Assembly: GCA_951406725.2 (NCBI GenBank)
Contig: OX597835.1
Location: 38,006,001 to 38,070,000, forward strand
Direction of reading: 5' to 3'
DNA: 64,000 nucleotides
Source of the DNA: Octopus vulgaris
Taxonomy: Eukaryota
The notes under the pieces were generated by a model. It was not told where the DNA came from. It ran no database searches and saw nothing but the letters and a program-made list of their open reading frames with translations. This document shows positions 1-13,230 of this stretch, in pieces (position 1 is the stretch's first letter; each line of letters begins with the position of its first letter). A program made the translations under genes and the position numbers.

Positions 1-239
1 TATATATATATATATATGTATTTCATATTTTGTATATATCTTTTTATACATGATTGTATGAAAATGTGCCTGTATGTGAGTATACGTTTTTCGATAAATA
101 CATGTGTGTGTGTGTATGTGTAAGTATATATATAAATATATATGTATGTACTTGTATATCCTTATGTGTAAATATGATTGTGTGCTTGTAGATGTTTACG
201 TATGCATCTATATATGAACATGAATTTGTGTGTGTAAAG

Positions 240-270
<31 letters not shown>

Positions 271-1144
271 AAATATATATATCTATATCTATATATATAT
301 ACACACACATGTGTATGTGTGTTTATATGTACATACATATATACATGCACACGTTTGTATATTGGCATCCATAGGTGTGCATATACATATGCAGGCATAC
401 ACACATGTATGTATGTGAGTGTGCATGTGTATGAATGGACACACATACATATGTCCATACAGATGCATATGTGCATTCTATTATAAAATGCATAAACGTA
501 TATATACATATATGTACACATATATATACATACATATATATATATGTAATATTTTTTTTTGTATCTGTATGTGAGTGTGTGTATATGTATTTTTATTCTG
601 CATTTGTGCATATGTTTTTGTGTGTGTTTATGTTGTTTGATTTTTATAATATTTCATTTTACGCATTTCTTTACCTCCTCTCTTTATTTTTTGAAAATCA
701 TTGCTTATTACGTGACACTCCAATAAAAGTTTTGATCAAAGCATCCAGGGTGGCTTTATTATTTCTAATTTAGTTTAATAAGTGTGAGGCATTGAACTAT
801 TGGAACTCTTACCCTTTGAGTTATTTAGCTAAGTTTGCAGCGAAATAATATAAAAATTCATAATAATATACATGCATATGTGTGTCTACATACATAAATA
901 CACACACACACACATACATATATATATATGCAGATGCATTACACACACATATACACATACGTATATATACATAGTGTTATGTGTGTATATGCGTATTAAC
1001 TGTAATCACTATTTAAATTGTACACAAGCCGGAACTTCACAGTAATGACCAAACTAATTTGCATAATGTGAAGTTCTTGGCAGTGTTAATAAATAATACT
1101 TTATGTAGAACATGATGCATATTAGACTATTTAAATGAATTTAT

Positions 1145-1525
1145 CTGTTCTGTCAAGTGTAATGCTTATTAATTCACATTGTTTTGAATTCATTGAGCAT
1201 TATCTTGTAGCTTTGAGGTTTCAATGATGTTATTATTTGCTTTTAGAATGACATTGTAGGATAGGTGTGAGAGTCCAGATCTGGCTTGTCTGAACATTAA
1301 ACAGGTAGAATATTTGTGCTGCATATACTCTTTACTCTTTTAATCTTTTACTTGTTTCAGTCATTTGACTGCAGCCATACCGACCCCAGGACTTATTCTT
1401 TGGAAGCCTAGTACTTATTCTATCGGTCTTTTTTGCCGAACCACTATGTTACGGTGACGTAAACACACCAGCATCGGTTGTCAAGCGTTGTTGTTGGGGG
1501 GGGGGGGGAGCAAACACAGAAACAA

Positions 1526-1568
<43 letters not shown>

Positions 1569-1751
1569 CGACGGGCTTCTTTCAGTTTCCGTCTACCAAA
1601 TCCACTCACAAAACTTTGGTCAGCCCGAGGCTATAGTAGAAGACACTTGCCCAAGGTGTCACGCAGTGAGACTGAACCCAGAACCATGTGGTTGGTAAGC
1701 AAGTGACTTACCACACAGCCACTCCTGCACCTTGGTTTAAATGCTAAAGGG
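1145..1751. mobile_element. piggyBac-like MITE (family A) interrupted by a SINE
   Basis: Same body as 2341-2555; right end AATGCTAAAGGG-ttaa lies after the inserted SINE (1327-1731). Confidence 0.7.
1327..1731 (-). mobile_element. SINE family 1 copy nested in a piggyBac-like MITE
   Basis: Reverse complement of 50117-50535. Confidence 0.88.
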
Positions 1752-1825
1752 TTAAAAATGATTGGAAGAGAACTAGATTCTTAGTTGTAAAAATTTTCAA
1801 GGTACTGTAAGTGGTAGAATGTTAA

Positions 1826-2218
1826 GGCAGCGAGCTGGCAGAAACGTTAGGATGCCGGACGAAATGCTTAGCGGTATTTCATCTGCTGTTACGTTCTGAG
1901 TTCAAATTCTGCCGAGGTCGACTTTGCATTTCATCCTTTCGGGGTTGATTAAATAAGTACCAGTTACGCACTGGGGTCGATGTAATTGACTTAATCCCTT
2001 TGTCTGTCCTTGTTTGTCCCCTCTGTGTTTAGCCCCTCTGTGTCTGCCATTACGTTCCCAGTTCAAATTCCGCTGAGGTCGACTTTGCCTTTCATCCTTT
2101 TGGGGTCGATAAATTAAATACAAGTTATGCACTAAGGTCGATGTAATCAACTTAACCCTTTTGTCTGTCTTTCTTTGTCCCCTCTATGTTTAGCCCCTTG
2201 TGGGCAATAAAGAAATTA
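1826..2218 (+). mobile_element. tRNA-derived SINE family 2 with a duplicated 3' module
   Basis: B-box GAGTTCAAATTC. The central motif GTCGACTTTGCCTTTCATCCTTTCGGGGTCGAT..AAGTACCAG (Deu/Nin-like, from memory) is present twice. Confidence 0.82.
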
Positions 2219-2340
2219 GAATGTTGGATGCCACAAGATTATCTAAAGTAGTGAGGCTTAACCTGGAAACATCAGGCTCCATCACACCCCATCAGATATT
2301 AATGAATTTAGTCCCTGCTCCCAACTTTCAACTTCATGAA

Positions 2341-2555
2341 CCCTTTAGCATTCAGATTACTCTGTCAAATGCAATATTCATTCATTAGTTTTTAACTAAT
2401 TATTTATCATGTTGTAGCTTTGAGATTTCGATAAGGTGATTGTATATTTTCAAAATGATATTGTAGGGTAGGTGTGAGAGGCAGGATCTGGCCAGTTTGA
2501 ATATAAAACAGGTAGAATATTTGGGCTGGATATGACCAATTTAAATACTAAAGGG
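2341..2555. mobile_element. piggyBac-like MITE (family A)
   Basis: CCCTTTAGCATT ... AATACTAAAGGG TIRs with TTAA-like flanks. Confidence 0.8.
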
Positions 2556-2664
2556 TTGACTCATATTTTTTTTTTTGTATGAATTTCTATTCTTTTTATT
2601 AACCCCTGGGCTACCAACCCACCTAAGACTGCATTAGTTCAATGATACAAGCCTCCTATTCTAA

Positions 2665-2884
2665 CCTTTTAGCATTCAAATTTCTCTGTCAAATGTAATG
2701 CTAATTTATCCACATTGTTTTGAATTAATCATGCATTATCTCATCGCTTTGAGATTTTGACGAGTTAACTGTTAACTTTTAGAACAATGTTGTAGGGTTG
2801 GTGCGAGAGGCCGGATCTGGTCAGTTAAGCATAAAACAGGTAGAATATCTTTGGCTGGATATGACTGGACTAAATTCTAAAAGG
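2665..2884. mobile_element. piggyBac-like MITE (family A)
   Basis: Homologous to 2341-2555; degenerate TIRs. Confidence 0.75.
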
Positions 2885-3070
2885 TTTATGTAGCTGAACA
2901 AGTTTTCTTTATGGCTTTATAATAAAAAGTAAACTAATGTAAATATATTTTCATACTTTCTTCATCTCATAAAACAAAGAAGTAAAGGAATTTATCCCAC
3001 TGTTTCAGAGTTAACTGGTGACTCATTAGGTGATTAGCACCCTTAAATATTCTGCCCATGAAGAGAACTT

Positions 3071-3144
3071 ATAGTAATCACTATTTAAATCAAACATAAG
3101 CCAGAACTTAGGTGTTTGTGTTTGATTTAAATAGGGATTACTAT
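3071..3144. mobile_element. Short TIR/hairpin MITE
   Basis: ATAGTAATCACTATTTAAATCAAACA ... TGTTTGATTTAAATAGGGATTACTAT inverted termini; a related end occurs at ~1003-1040. Confidence 0.55.
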
Positions 3145-4039
3145 ATGTTCACTTTATCAGCATAAAAATGAGATTTTCTTATTCCCTGATAATTAGCCAT
3201 TTAATAATGAAGGATGGTAAAAATGGTTATTTTTCTGTCGGAAGAAAGTAATTAGGCATATTCACTTCTTTTAGCTTTTATCCTTTATTTATTCTTTTAT
3301 TCTTTTACATGTTTCTTTTACCCGTGCTGGTGGCATGTGGTTGGCATTAGGAAGGGCATCCAGCCATAGAAACATTGCCAGATCAGACTGGGCCTGATGA
3401 AGCCTTCCGGCTTCACAGACCCCAGTTGAACCGTCCAACCCATGCTAGCATGGAAAGCAGACGCTAAATGATGATGATGACGATGTTTCAGTCATTTGAC
3501 TGCGGCCATGCTGGAGCACTGCCTTGAGAGGCTTTAGTTGAACAAATTGACCTCAGGATTTATTTCTTAAGCCTAATACTTACTCTATCAGTCTCTTTTG
3601 CTGAACTGCTAAGTTACAGGGATGTAAACAGACCAACACCGGTTTTCAAATGGTAATGGGTGGGGACAAACACATACACCATGACACACACATATAAATA
3701 CATATTGGGTCAACCACATGGTAGCAAAATAAGCTGCTTAACCACACAGCCATTTCTGCACCCATAATATTTTCCTATTTTGCTTCACTTTTCAATTACG
3801 TCTCGTTTTAACAATTGTGTGTTTTATCATACTTTTTTTCATTTTCATTTTCCAGCAAATATTTAAGATTTGAAATCTTAATTTGTACATTTATATATTG
3901 TATAACATCTTTCACCTTACCCCACCCTTTAGTTTTGTATAAATCACCTGTCCTACCACCTCACATATTTGTAAACATCCTCGTTAAACTTTCATTATAG
4001 CTAATCTATATCTCGTTTAACCATTGTGGTAAAGACCAA

Positions 4040-4108
4040 CAATTATTATTGTTGTTATTATTATTTATTATTATTATTATTATTTATTATTATTTATTAT
4101 TATTATTA

Positions 4109-4149
<41 letters not shown>

Positions 4150-4235
4150 CATCATCATCGTAATAACAATAATAATTAATATTATTGTTGTTGTTGTCGT
4201 TGTTGTTCTTCTTCTCATTATTTTATTATTATGAT
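4040..4235. repeat. (TTA)n microsatellite at the LINE 3' junction
   Basis: Direct inspection; a second (TTC)n(TTA)n(TCA)n tract lies at 6001-6140. Confidence 0.9.
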
Positions 4236-4237
4236 TA

Positions 4238-5870
4238 TTTAAAATGTCACATAGCATCCAATATCATGATGTTGTTGATTGAAGATTTTGTGTCTACCGG
4301 TAGTGGGGTTGCACTGTTTGCAAAGTCACAACAAGGACCTCAGACAGACAGTACCTTATGTAATATGGGTACAGTTCCAAATAATGCCAATTTTTGCAAA
4401 ACACTTAGAATGTAAGGTATTTCTAAAGTTGCCAGATGTCTCTTCAGGTTGGGTGGTATTGAACCCAATGCTCTGATAACAACAGGGACAACCTTTATGT
4501 TTGACTCTCGTAGCGGCCACATCTTGGTGACCTCAATTCTCAGGTCTCCATATTTATTGATCTTTTACTTTCTTTCATGATAATATGTTGATCTCCTGGC
4601 ACTCTTGTTTGTCCCTACTATAGGTTAATATATCCGGCCTTGGTGCTCTAACACCTTGTCTGTTTGGAAGTCAAAGTCCAAGAGGACTTTTGCCTTCCCC
4701 TTTTCATCCATTACCTTTTCCAGTGTATGTTGGTATTGAGCACCCATTACCTCATATCCATACTTCCAGCATAGTAACCAGCGAAGGCCTTGGACTACCT
4801 TCTCATGTCCGCACTTGTACACTTTCTGTGCAAGACTTACACAAGCACTAACAATGTGGGTTACGCTTTCAACCCTCTTCCCACACAATCTTCAGAGGTT
4901 CATTGCACTTGTGTGTTATATATCCCCTTTCACTGCGTTGGTGTTCAATGCCTGATCCTAGGCAGCGATGATTAGGCTTACCCTTGCTGAACCACCTCCA
5001 TGATGCTTCCTGGTCTTTTAACCCTTTCATTACCAACCCGGTTGAAACCGGCTCTGACTCTGAATACAAATGTCTTGCTTTCATAAGTTTTGAATTAAAA
5101 TTCTCTACCAAAGCTTAGCCACAATTTATGTTCCTAACACTAGCCGAATGATAACTAAGTTATTTCACTAAATTCTTTGTTTATATTTCAAGCAATTGAA
5201 AGAAATAGAGAGCATCTCAAAATAAATACAGTAAAAAGTGGTTAAGTTGTTAGTTTCATGGTGGAACTGACCATGTAATTCCATGTGGAGTTTCTTTTCT
5301 CTCATTGGCTATTTGTGTTAGGAATTCACTAGCACTCTAAAGACCATTTTTGGCAAATTCTTCTGCATTAGCAGCATACAGTAGCAGGTTTTGTTTGCTG
5401 CTTACCAAATACTCTGCCATCTTTCTTCTTTGACTGTTGCACTCCCATATGCAAATCAGCCCATGTCCACCCTTACACTTCTTCCTGTAGAGCCTGTATA
5501 TGTTCAACTTAGGGGTGGAGGGCACCATGGATTGTCATTATCTTTCAGGTAGTGCAATTGAGTTGGTTAATCCCCACTCATGTCCATTTCAGGATGGGTG
5601 CACCACAGCTGATTACAGCATCAGCCCGTATGTTGACGGCAGTCATGAGGTTCCTTGAGTTGAGTTTTGATTTCAAGAGAAGTTTGGGGCACCTCAAATA
5701 TGTTTCATTTCTCTGTGCAAGATATTGTCCAGCGCCATTATCTCAAGGTATTTGTATCCATCATCATCCAGTTCTTCCATTCTCTCACCATTTGGCAATT
5801 CTATACCCCTCCAGTGCAGAGCTGTCAAGTTTTTAAGCCAAAATCCCTAAACCCCATCTGAGCCAGGCAT
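4238..5870 (-). mobile_element. 5'-truncated, decayed R4/Dong-type non-LTR retrotransposon (RT C-terminus, CCHC knuckle, RLE endonuclease)
   Basis: Minus-strand peptides: DGYKYLEI (RT domain 7), RLYRKKCKGGHGL, HGQF..SWRW, CGKRVESVTHIVSAC (zinc knuckle), DFDFQTDKVLEH, VVPVVIRALGSIP..LQKLALFGT. Flanked by (TAA)n tracts; contains frameshifts and stops. Confidence 0.9.
5022..5241. mobile_element. piggyBac-like MITE (family B) nested in the R4/Dong LINE
   Basis: TTAA on both sides (5018-5021, 5242-5245) and a CCCTTT terminus. Removing it restores the LINE peptide HGQFHHETNNLKDQEASWRW. An inverted second copy lies at 16295-16515. Confidence 0.85.
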
Positions 5871-6032
5871 ATTTTTAGTTAGGAATTTTCCTGCACTGAT
5901 TTCTAATTATTACCTTGGTTATTCTTTAGAATAGCATTGTTCTGGTAGTTAAAGAATATGTCCTGCTACTTTTCATCTTCAAAGTGTGTCAATATAAACA
6001 TATTATTATTATTTTTTTTTCTTCTTCTTCTT

Positions 6033-6115
<83 letters not shown>

Positions 6116-6157
6116 CATCATCATCATCATCATCATCATCTCTTGATCTCTTTACAG

Positions 6158-6347
6158 CTCTCAGTCATATAGGTGTCTGGAATGAACCAGTGAAAGCCTG
6201 CCTCCTATCTGCTAGACATGATGTTAGCCACCACACAGTCCGTGCTCAAGCTTGCCGCACTCTTGCCTCATTGAGTGAGAAATTTCCAGAAGCTGCCACC
6301 CTTCTTCAGGAATATTTCCTTTCAGAGACTGATCCGACGATCCAAAG
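6158..6347 (+). CDS. HEATR4: Internal coding exon of a HEAT-repeat protein, HEATR4-like
   Basis: Pyrimidine-rich acceptor (ctctttacag|) and AAG|gttggt donor. The 190-nt exon is open, phase 1 to 2: (A)LSHIGVWNEPVKACLLSARHDVSHHTVRAQACRTLASLSEKFPEAATLLQEYFLSETDPTIQ. It resembles, from memory, the HEATR4 C-terminal repeat (ALGQIG...LLWA.H......VR.EACR..). Orthology needs a BLAST check. Confidence 0.72.
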
Positions 6348-6535
6348 GTTGGTGTTATTTTCATTGTTGTTCTTACATTTTGCTGGATTCAGTCACATGC
6401 CAGGCCATCCGTGAGGCTGGGGCTGTGAAAGGTTTTTTTCTGAGTCTGTCATATTATGACCCCATTTTGTTTTCAGTTGGTGCAATTCTATATTATGGAT
6501 TAAATATAAAAAAAATAAAATAATGATGAAACTAT

Positions 6536-6828
6536 TTTCTGACAAATTGTGGTGCACCTGAGCACTGTATACATCATCATCATCATCATCGTTTAACATC
6601 CGCTTTCCATGCTAGCATGGGTTGGACGGTTCAACTGGGGTCTGGGAAGCCAGAAGACTGCACTAGGCCCAGTCATTGCCAGATCAGACTGGGCCTGGTG
6701 CAGCCTTCTGGTTTCCCAGGCCCCAGTTGAACCGTCCAACCCATGCTAGCATGGAAAACGGATGCCAAACGATGATGATGATGATGATGATGTATACAGT
6801 GCTCAGGTGCCCCACAACTTGTCAGAAA
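6536..6828. repeat. ~290-bp palindrome (inverted duplication)
   Basis: Arms 6536-6674 and 6687-6828 are reverse complements with about ten differences; 12-nt loop. Confidence 0.92.
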
Positions 6829-7006
6829 GTGCGTATAAAATATATGCAGTAATATACAAATGTCTGGAAAACGAACAATGTATGAGTCATATTGCGTGTG
6901 TATGGAGGGGAGAGAATCAGGTGTAGTGTTGGCGAATCTCAGGAAGCATGGAAGTTTTGAAGGATGCAGTGCTCCGACAACTTTCTTTCCTTTTTCCTGA
7001 GCACGT

Positions 7007-7087
<81 letters not shown>

Positions 7088-7149
7088 CACACATGTTTGT
7101 ATATATATGTATGTATATGCATTATTTTATTTTTCTACGACTGCAACTA

Positions 7150-7448
7150 TAATGTTGGTGGTCGAGATGAGGATGATGATGATGATGATGGTGATAATGA
7201 TGAGAATGAAGGTGATGCAATTATTGATGACAGATGATGATAAAGGTGTGATAATGATGACGATAGGGATGATAAGGTTGTGATGCCAAAAACTGCTACT
7301 GATATCTGATGGTGATGGTGATGATGATGATAAGGACTGGGATGTGGGGGTTGTGGTGTGGGGGAAACCTGCTTACAGGGATGATGCTGATGATGATGAT
7401 GATAAGAAGTATAATGATGATTGCTCATGATGATGAGTATGATGATGG

Positions 7449-7491
<43 letters not shown>

Positions 7492-7760
7492 AGTGATGGT
7501 GGTGATGACAATGATAATGAAGATGAATAGTGATGCTGCTGCTGCTAATGATGATGATGGTGATGATGATTATGATGATGATGATGATGATGATAGTGAT
7601 GCTGATGATGACAATGATAATGAAGATGAATAGTGATGCTGCTGCTGATGATGATGACGATGATGGTAATGGTAACAATGATGATGATAATGACGATGGG
7701 TTATGATGATGAATATGAGGATAATGATGACGACGATGATGATGATGATGATAACAACGG
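7150..7760. repeat. (GAT)n-rich low-complexity tract with an internal ~100-bp tandem duplication
   Basis: GACAATGATAATGAAGATGAATAGTGATGCTGCTGCT occurs at ~7507 and ~7610. Confidence 0.85.
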
Positions 7761-8024
7761 ATGGCAATGCCAGTGGCAGACAGTTTGCTGTGGTGACCCC
7801 AAACTGTCAACAACAGGGAGGTAATAACCTAGTCTGAATGTTGGGGTGGGGGGGTTCTTGTGTTTGTGTGTGGGTGTTCACAGATAAGGGTGGAGGATGG
7901 TGCGAAGGAGGGGGGATCGGTATTAGTGAGGGTGGGTGTGTTGCAGTAAAGTACACTTCCACCCCTTCTTCACTTTCTCTCTCTCTCATATCAAAATAGC
8001 AAAGCTGTAAAAGCAAGTGTCTGC

Positions 8025-8057
<33 letters not shown>

Positions 8058-8274
8058 TGGGTGGGTGTGTGTGTGTGTGTGTAAGGGTACCGCAGATATT
8101 ATCTGATATAAAACTCAACGTGCTGGGTGAAGTTGATAGATATAAGTTTTATTTTTTATGACTATAATTGACAGGGTACTCTAAGTTTTACCCTGACTTG
8201 GGGAGTCCACAAGTGTCATGAACACCCTAGGGTAAAATTGAGAATAATCTGTCAATTATTAATACCCCTCACCC

Positions 8275-8312
<38 letters not shown>

Positions 8313-8833
8313 TGTATATGATGAATGGGAGCAGCTGGGTGTACAGATGGGTGGGTGGAGGAATTGATGGATAGACAGAGATACAACTCTATTATAATCT
8401 GTCATATAATCCTGTAGCTATAGGATTATCTGATGAGACTGAAATTGGTAAAAATCAAAAGATTATATATTTAAGATTTTACTCTGGAAGAGACTCCATT
8501 CCCAGACACCAGTCATTACCAGGAATTATGGAATATTTGTTTTCTAAATAAAAGAAAATAAAAAAAATGAAAAGTAAAAGGACAGTGAATATAACTGTGT
8601 GCATGTGTGGGTGTATATATATATGTGTGTGTTTGTATGTGAAGGCCCATGGCTTAGTGGTTAGGGTGTTGCACTGATGATTGTGAGAGCGTGTGTTCAA
8701 TTCCCAGACCTGGTGTTGCATTGTGTTCTTGAGGAAAGCACTTCATTTCACATTGCTCTGCAATCATTTCAACATCTGACATGTAGCACCCAGTTGCACC
8801 TGTACAGGTAATCTTGATTTGATGTATATATAT

Positions 8834-8879
<46 letters not shown>

Positions 8880-8911
8880 GATAGATATAGATATAGATAT
8901 ATAGATATATA

Positions 8912-9225
8912 TAGTGGAGGCACAATGGCCCAGTGGTAAGGGCAGCGGACTTGCGGTCGTAGGATCGCGGTTTTGATACCCGGATCGGGCATTGTGAGTG
9001 TTTATTGAGTGAAATATACCTAAAGCTCCACGAGGCTCTGGCAGGGGGTGGTGGCGATCCCTGCTGTACTCTTTCACCACAACTTTCTCTCACTCTTTCT
9101 TCTGTTGGCCTGCTCACTTAGCCAGCAGGGTGGCGTCATTTGAAGGCTAAAACAATGTGAAGCATATTGTGACCAGCGATGTGTGGCCACATCTGATAGC
9201 CTGGTCGGTCACGGGGATCACATTG
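8912..9225 (+). mobile_element. tRNA-derived SINE family 3
   Basis: Head GGAGGCACAATGGCCCAGTGGTAAGGGCAGCGGAC...; related copy at 60334-60650. Confidence 0.75.
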
Positions 9226-9351
9226 ATATGTAGATAGTTTAGGGTTCAGTCCCACTGCATGGCATCCTGGGCAAGTTTCTTCAACTATAGTGTCAGGCTG
9301 ACCAATGCCTTGTGAGTGGATTTGGTAGATAGGAACTTAAAGAAGCCTGTC

Positions 9352-9399
<48 letters not shown>

Positions 9400-9406
9400 T
9401 CATCAT

Positions 9407-9452
<46 letters not shown>

Positions 9453-9676
9453 GTATATATTTGTGTGTTTGTTTCTCCCCTCCGATGTTGGTGTATTTAC
9501 ATCTCTGTAAATTAGCATTTTGACCAATAGAATAAGTACCAGGCTTACAAAGAATAAGTCCAGGGGTCAATTTCTTCAGCTAAAAAGAGGCAGTTTTCCA
9601 GTATGGTGACAGTCAAACTGACTGAAACGAGTAAAAGAATAAAAGCATATATATATATATATTCACATGCATGCGT

Positions 9677-9728
<52 letters not shown>

Positions 9729-9735
9729 ACACACA

Positions 9736-9766
<31 letters not shown>

Positions 9767-9874
9767 TCGCATACACACACATATACACTCACATGCTCAT
9801 GTATGTGGCCAAATGGTTAAAATGCTTGCTTTCATGTGTCTGGGTTCTTAAACATTTGGTCACACATATGTATG

Positions 9875-9905
<31 letters not shown>

Positions 9906-9949
9906 ATATATATATGTATGTATGTATTTAATATGTATGTCCTTCACAA

Positions 9950-10930
9950 AGAAGTAATCCATCATTTTGATAAAGACCTAGATCTGGGAAGAGATCTCTT
10001 CAAAAGTAAATCTAAAACGTCCAATCTTTTTGATTCACAAACTTCAATTCAATCTTAAGATCCTATATCTACATCAAATAATGTTCAGCCAATTTGTGTT
10101 CAACCCCAAGAGAATTATCTTAAAATAGCAAAGATTTCCTAGCATGCATAACAATATTAATGGCAGAATCATGATTCCAAAAAGTACTCTACCAAATTCT
10201 AAAGCATTTTGGAGAAAGCATTTTGATAAAGATGGATATAACTCTGTTATGTCAAACTGCATGAAATTACGAAGATGTTTATTATCTGTATTACTGAACC
10301 ATTTGATGACATCTACAGAATTATTCCATAAAGGAAGACAAGTGAGATATGATATGTACAATGTTAAAAACGATGGAATCTAAAATATTTTTACTGGCTA
10401 CACGTAATTCACTTTTGGCCAGAATTATCGATCTGCATTTCATATTGGCAAGAAAATTAAGTTTATGGTTTTTAAATGTAATGTATGGTTCACATAACAT
10501 GAAAGATCCTACTCTGTCATCTATTTTTAGATTGATAGCTATGTCTTTATCTTCTAATTTAATAACGAGGTATGTACCAGAGTTATTTTTCTTATTAATA
10601 CTGATGGAACTGTTTGAAAGGCGTTTATGGTATAGAACTCTGCTTCTGTCGGTTTATGTAACATTTTAGTTTTGTCTGGAGAAACATGGAAGTGTTTTGA
10701 AGTTTTAAAATAAAATGTCTTGAAAGTTATTGGATAAATTTTTAAAATTAGCCCATTTGATTATTTTAAAACAGAACAAGGGTCCCAAGGGCTTGGTCTG
10801 AGGCACAAGGAATTTTTCACATCTGAAGGGAAACTTGTTATTCCTAGTAATCCCTGTTCTTTTTCTTCTGTTCCTTTTAGATTCAGTGATTGGACTGCAA
10901 CCATCAAAGAAATATGTCTTTCATAGACCT
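9950..10930 (-). mobile_element. Penelope-like element, decayed reverse-transcriptase fragment
   Basis: Minus-strand peptides YITFKNHKLNFLANMKCRSIILAKSELRVASKNILD and LWNNSVDVIKWF...FMQFDITELYPSLS, typical of PLE RT. Confidence 0.85.
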
Positions 10931-11032
10931 TTCTTAGTGTAATGAAAGCATTTCTATATAATGCTAGAACATTCTTTGCAAACAAAAAGCAAAACAAAAA
11001 AGAAAAGAATATATATATGTATATATAAAATA

Positions 11033-11095
<63 letters not shown>

Positions 11096-11640
11096 GGAGA
11101 GATTATGAAAAAAACAAAATACGAAGACAGGTGGTGTACAAAACAAACAGATGTATTAGTATAACCTTCAGGAATAGAAAAGGTCTTTAACGTATCGAGC
11201 CTACGCTCTTCTACAGAAAGGGACACAGAAAAAACAAGGAAAGATATATAGATGCATGTATCTATATATAGATACACACACACATATATGTTAGAAATGA
11301 GACAGTCATGGCTGTGTAACATGTTCACTTCTCAACTATTTGGTCTCGAGTTGAATCCTACTCTGAGTGCATTTATTTTCCATCTAAAGGAAATGTGTAA
11401 CTTCTTAACATTTTTAACTTAGTTTAATTTATTTGCTTTGGGCTATGTCATGCTGATGACTTCAAAGAAGAATGAAATGGTCATATGCAAGTTTACCTAA
11501 AATGAGAAATCTTAAGATCTTTGTAATGAGAAAGAAAAAATATTTGATATATATATTTCATGCAACATATTTGTTCTTTGATTTTAAACTTCAATCTTTT
11601 AGTCCTGCCAGATATTATAAAAAATGATTATCTCCCTTAC

Positions 11641-11711
11641 ACTAACTGGTCACCAGGGAACACCATGAATTTCCTTAACTTCTGCTCTATTTTTAGCTTT
11701 TGTAATTTCAT
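11641..11711 (-). CDS. Candidate 71-nt minus-strand exon
   Basis: Minus strand has a cacatctacag| acceptor and AGT|gtaagg donor. Reads MKLQKLKIEQKLRKFMVFPGDQL (phase 0) or (D)EITKAKNRAEVKEIHGVPW* (phase 1). Confidence 0.3.
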
Positions 11712-12527
11712 CTGTAGATGTGGTCAACAAATTAAAGACCACCACCATCATCATTGTCATTGTCATCAGCATCGTTGTTGTCATTGCTGTCATCATCATC
11801 ATCGTTGTCATCATCACCACCAACATCATCATCAGCAGCAGCAGTAGCAATACACCTCTTTTTATCCCCCCTTATCCTGCTTTTTAACCTCCCATGAATT
11901 GATACAAAGCCATCTCCCTCAATGCAACTAACCCCACCGTCTCATCCAATGGGTCTTTGTCTTGCAAGTCTCTTGGTGACCCTGCCAGTGCTGGTGCCAC
12001 ATCAAAAGCACCCAGTCCATTCTGTAAAGTGGTTGGCATTAGGAAGATCATCCAGTTGTAAAAACCATGCCAAAGCACAGACACTGGCACTTGACACAAG
12101 CCCCTAGCTTGTCAGCTTCTCTCAAACTATTCAGTTCATGCCAGCATAGAAAATGAACTGATGATGGGGATGATGATACATATATATGCATATATAATAT
12201 ATACACTTACTCACACGCACATATATATATATACATGTGTATGTATTATGTATATACATATATATACACACATAAATATATATATATATATATATATATG
12301 TAGTATGTGTGTATGTATGTATGCATATCATCATAATCATTTAACGTCCGCTTTCCATGCTGGCATGCGTTGGACGACTTGACTGAGGACTGGCGAACCA
12401 GATGGCTGCACCAGGCTCCAATCTGATCTGGCAGAGTTTCTACAGCTGGATGCTCTTCCTAACGCCAACCACTCCGAGAGTGTTGTGGGTGCTTTTATGT
12501 GCCACCAGCACAAGGGCCAGTCAGGCA

Positions 12528-12601
<74 letters not shown>

Positions 12602-12899
12602 GTAGACATAGATATAATTATAATTACAGGTACTGAGAAGCAGTACCTACATGCTAGAGATAGATATGAAATGACTCAAAAAATCACTTCAAATTATACT
12701 TCATTAGCACAAGGCCGAAAGGGAGGAAAATGAATAAAAGACATTTAACTTTGATAAAAAATAAATAAAAATGCTTGTAATAAAAAAGACTTAGAAAAAT
12801 CTTAGATATGTTTTGACCAAAGATTGGTTCAGGCCATGTCTAACTTAATAGCACCACCTGATAGGATTATCTAAATGCTTTTTAAGTCAAGTTTTGTGG

Positions 12900-13230
12900 T
12901 ATTATGGTCCATTTAGCTAGTGAGTTCTTGTTGAGTGAGTTGTATCCAGGTATGGGTGGTTTATCTGGTATTCCTCGAAGAAATTTGTCCAGACTCTGTT
13001 TAAAGTTGATGGGATCCTTTTCCTCTTTGATCTCTTTTGGGACAATGTTAAACAGGGCAGGGCCTGTTGAAGAAAAGAAATTATGTCACAGTGTACCTAT
13101 ATGTTGTGATCCTGAATTGGACAGAGGACGTATGGCCTGTGGTCTCAGCCTTGGATGAACCTTGAAACTAATGTTCAGGTCATCTGGACAATGCTACCAA
13201 TATATTCTCCACATTGTGTAAATGATGAAA
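12900..13230 (-). mobile_element. CR1/Jockey-group LINE 3' ORF2 fragment
   Basis: Minus strand reads GPALFNIVPKEIKEEKDPINFKQSLDKFLRGIPDKPPIPGYNSLNKNSLAKW, a typical ORF2 C-terminus. Confidence 0.7.

Noticed and set aside
3009-3029. Possible 21-nt plus-strand micro-exon
   Set aside because: Weak donor (gtgatt) and no resemblance to the expected upstream HEAT repeat.
12630-12740. Possible terminal exon GTEKQYLHARDRYEMTQKITSNYTSLAQGRKGGK* followed by AATAAA
   Set aside because: Weak polypyrimidine tract, abuts (TA)n like the Penelope-type modules, and its phase-1 entry does not match the phase-2 end of exon 6158-6347.
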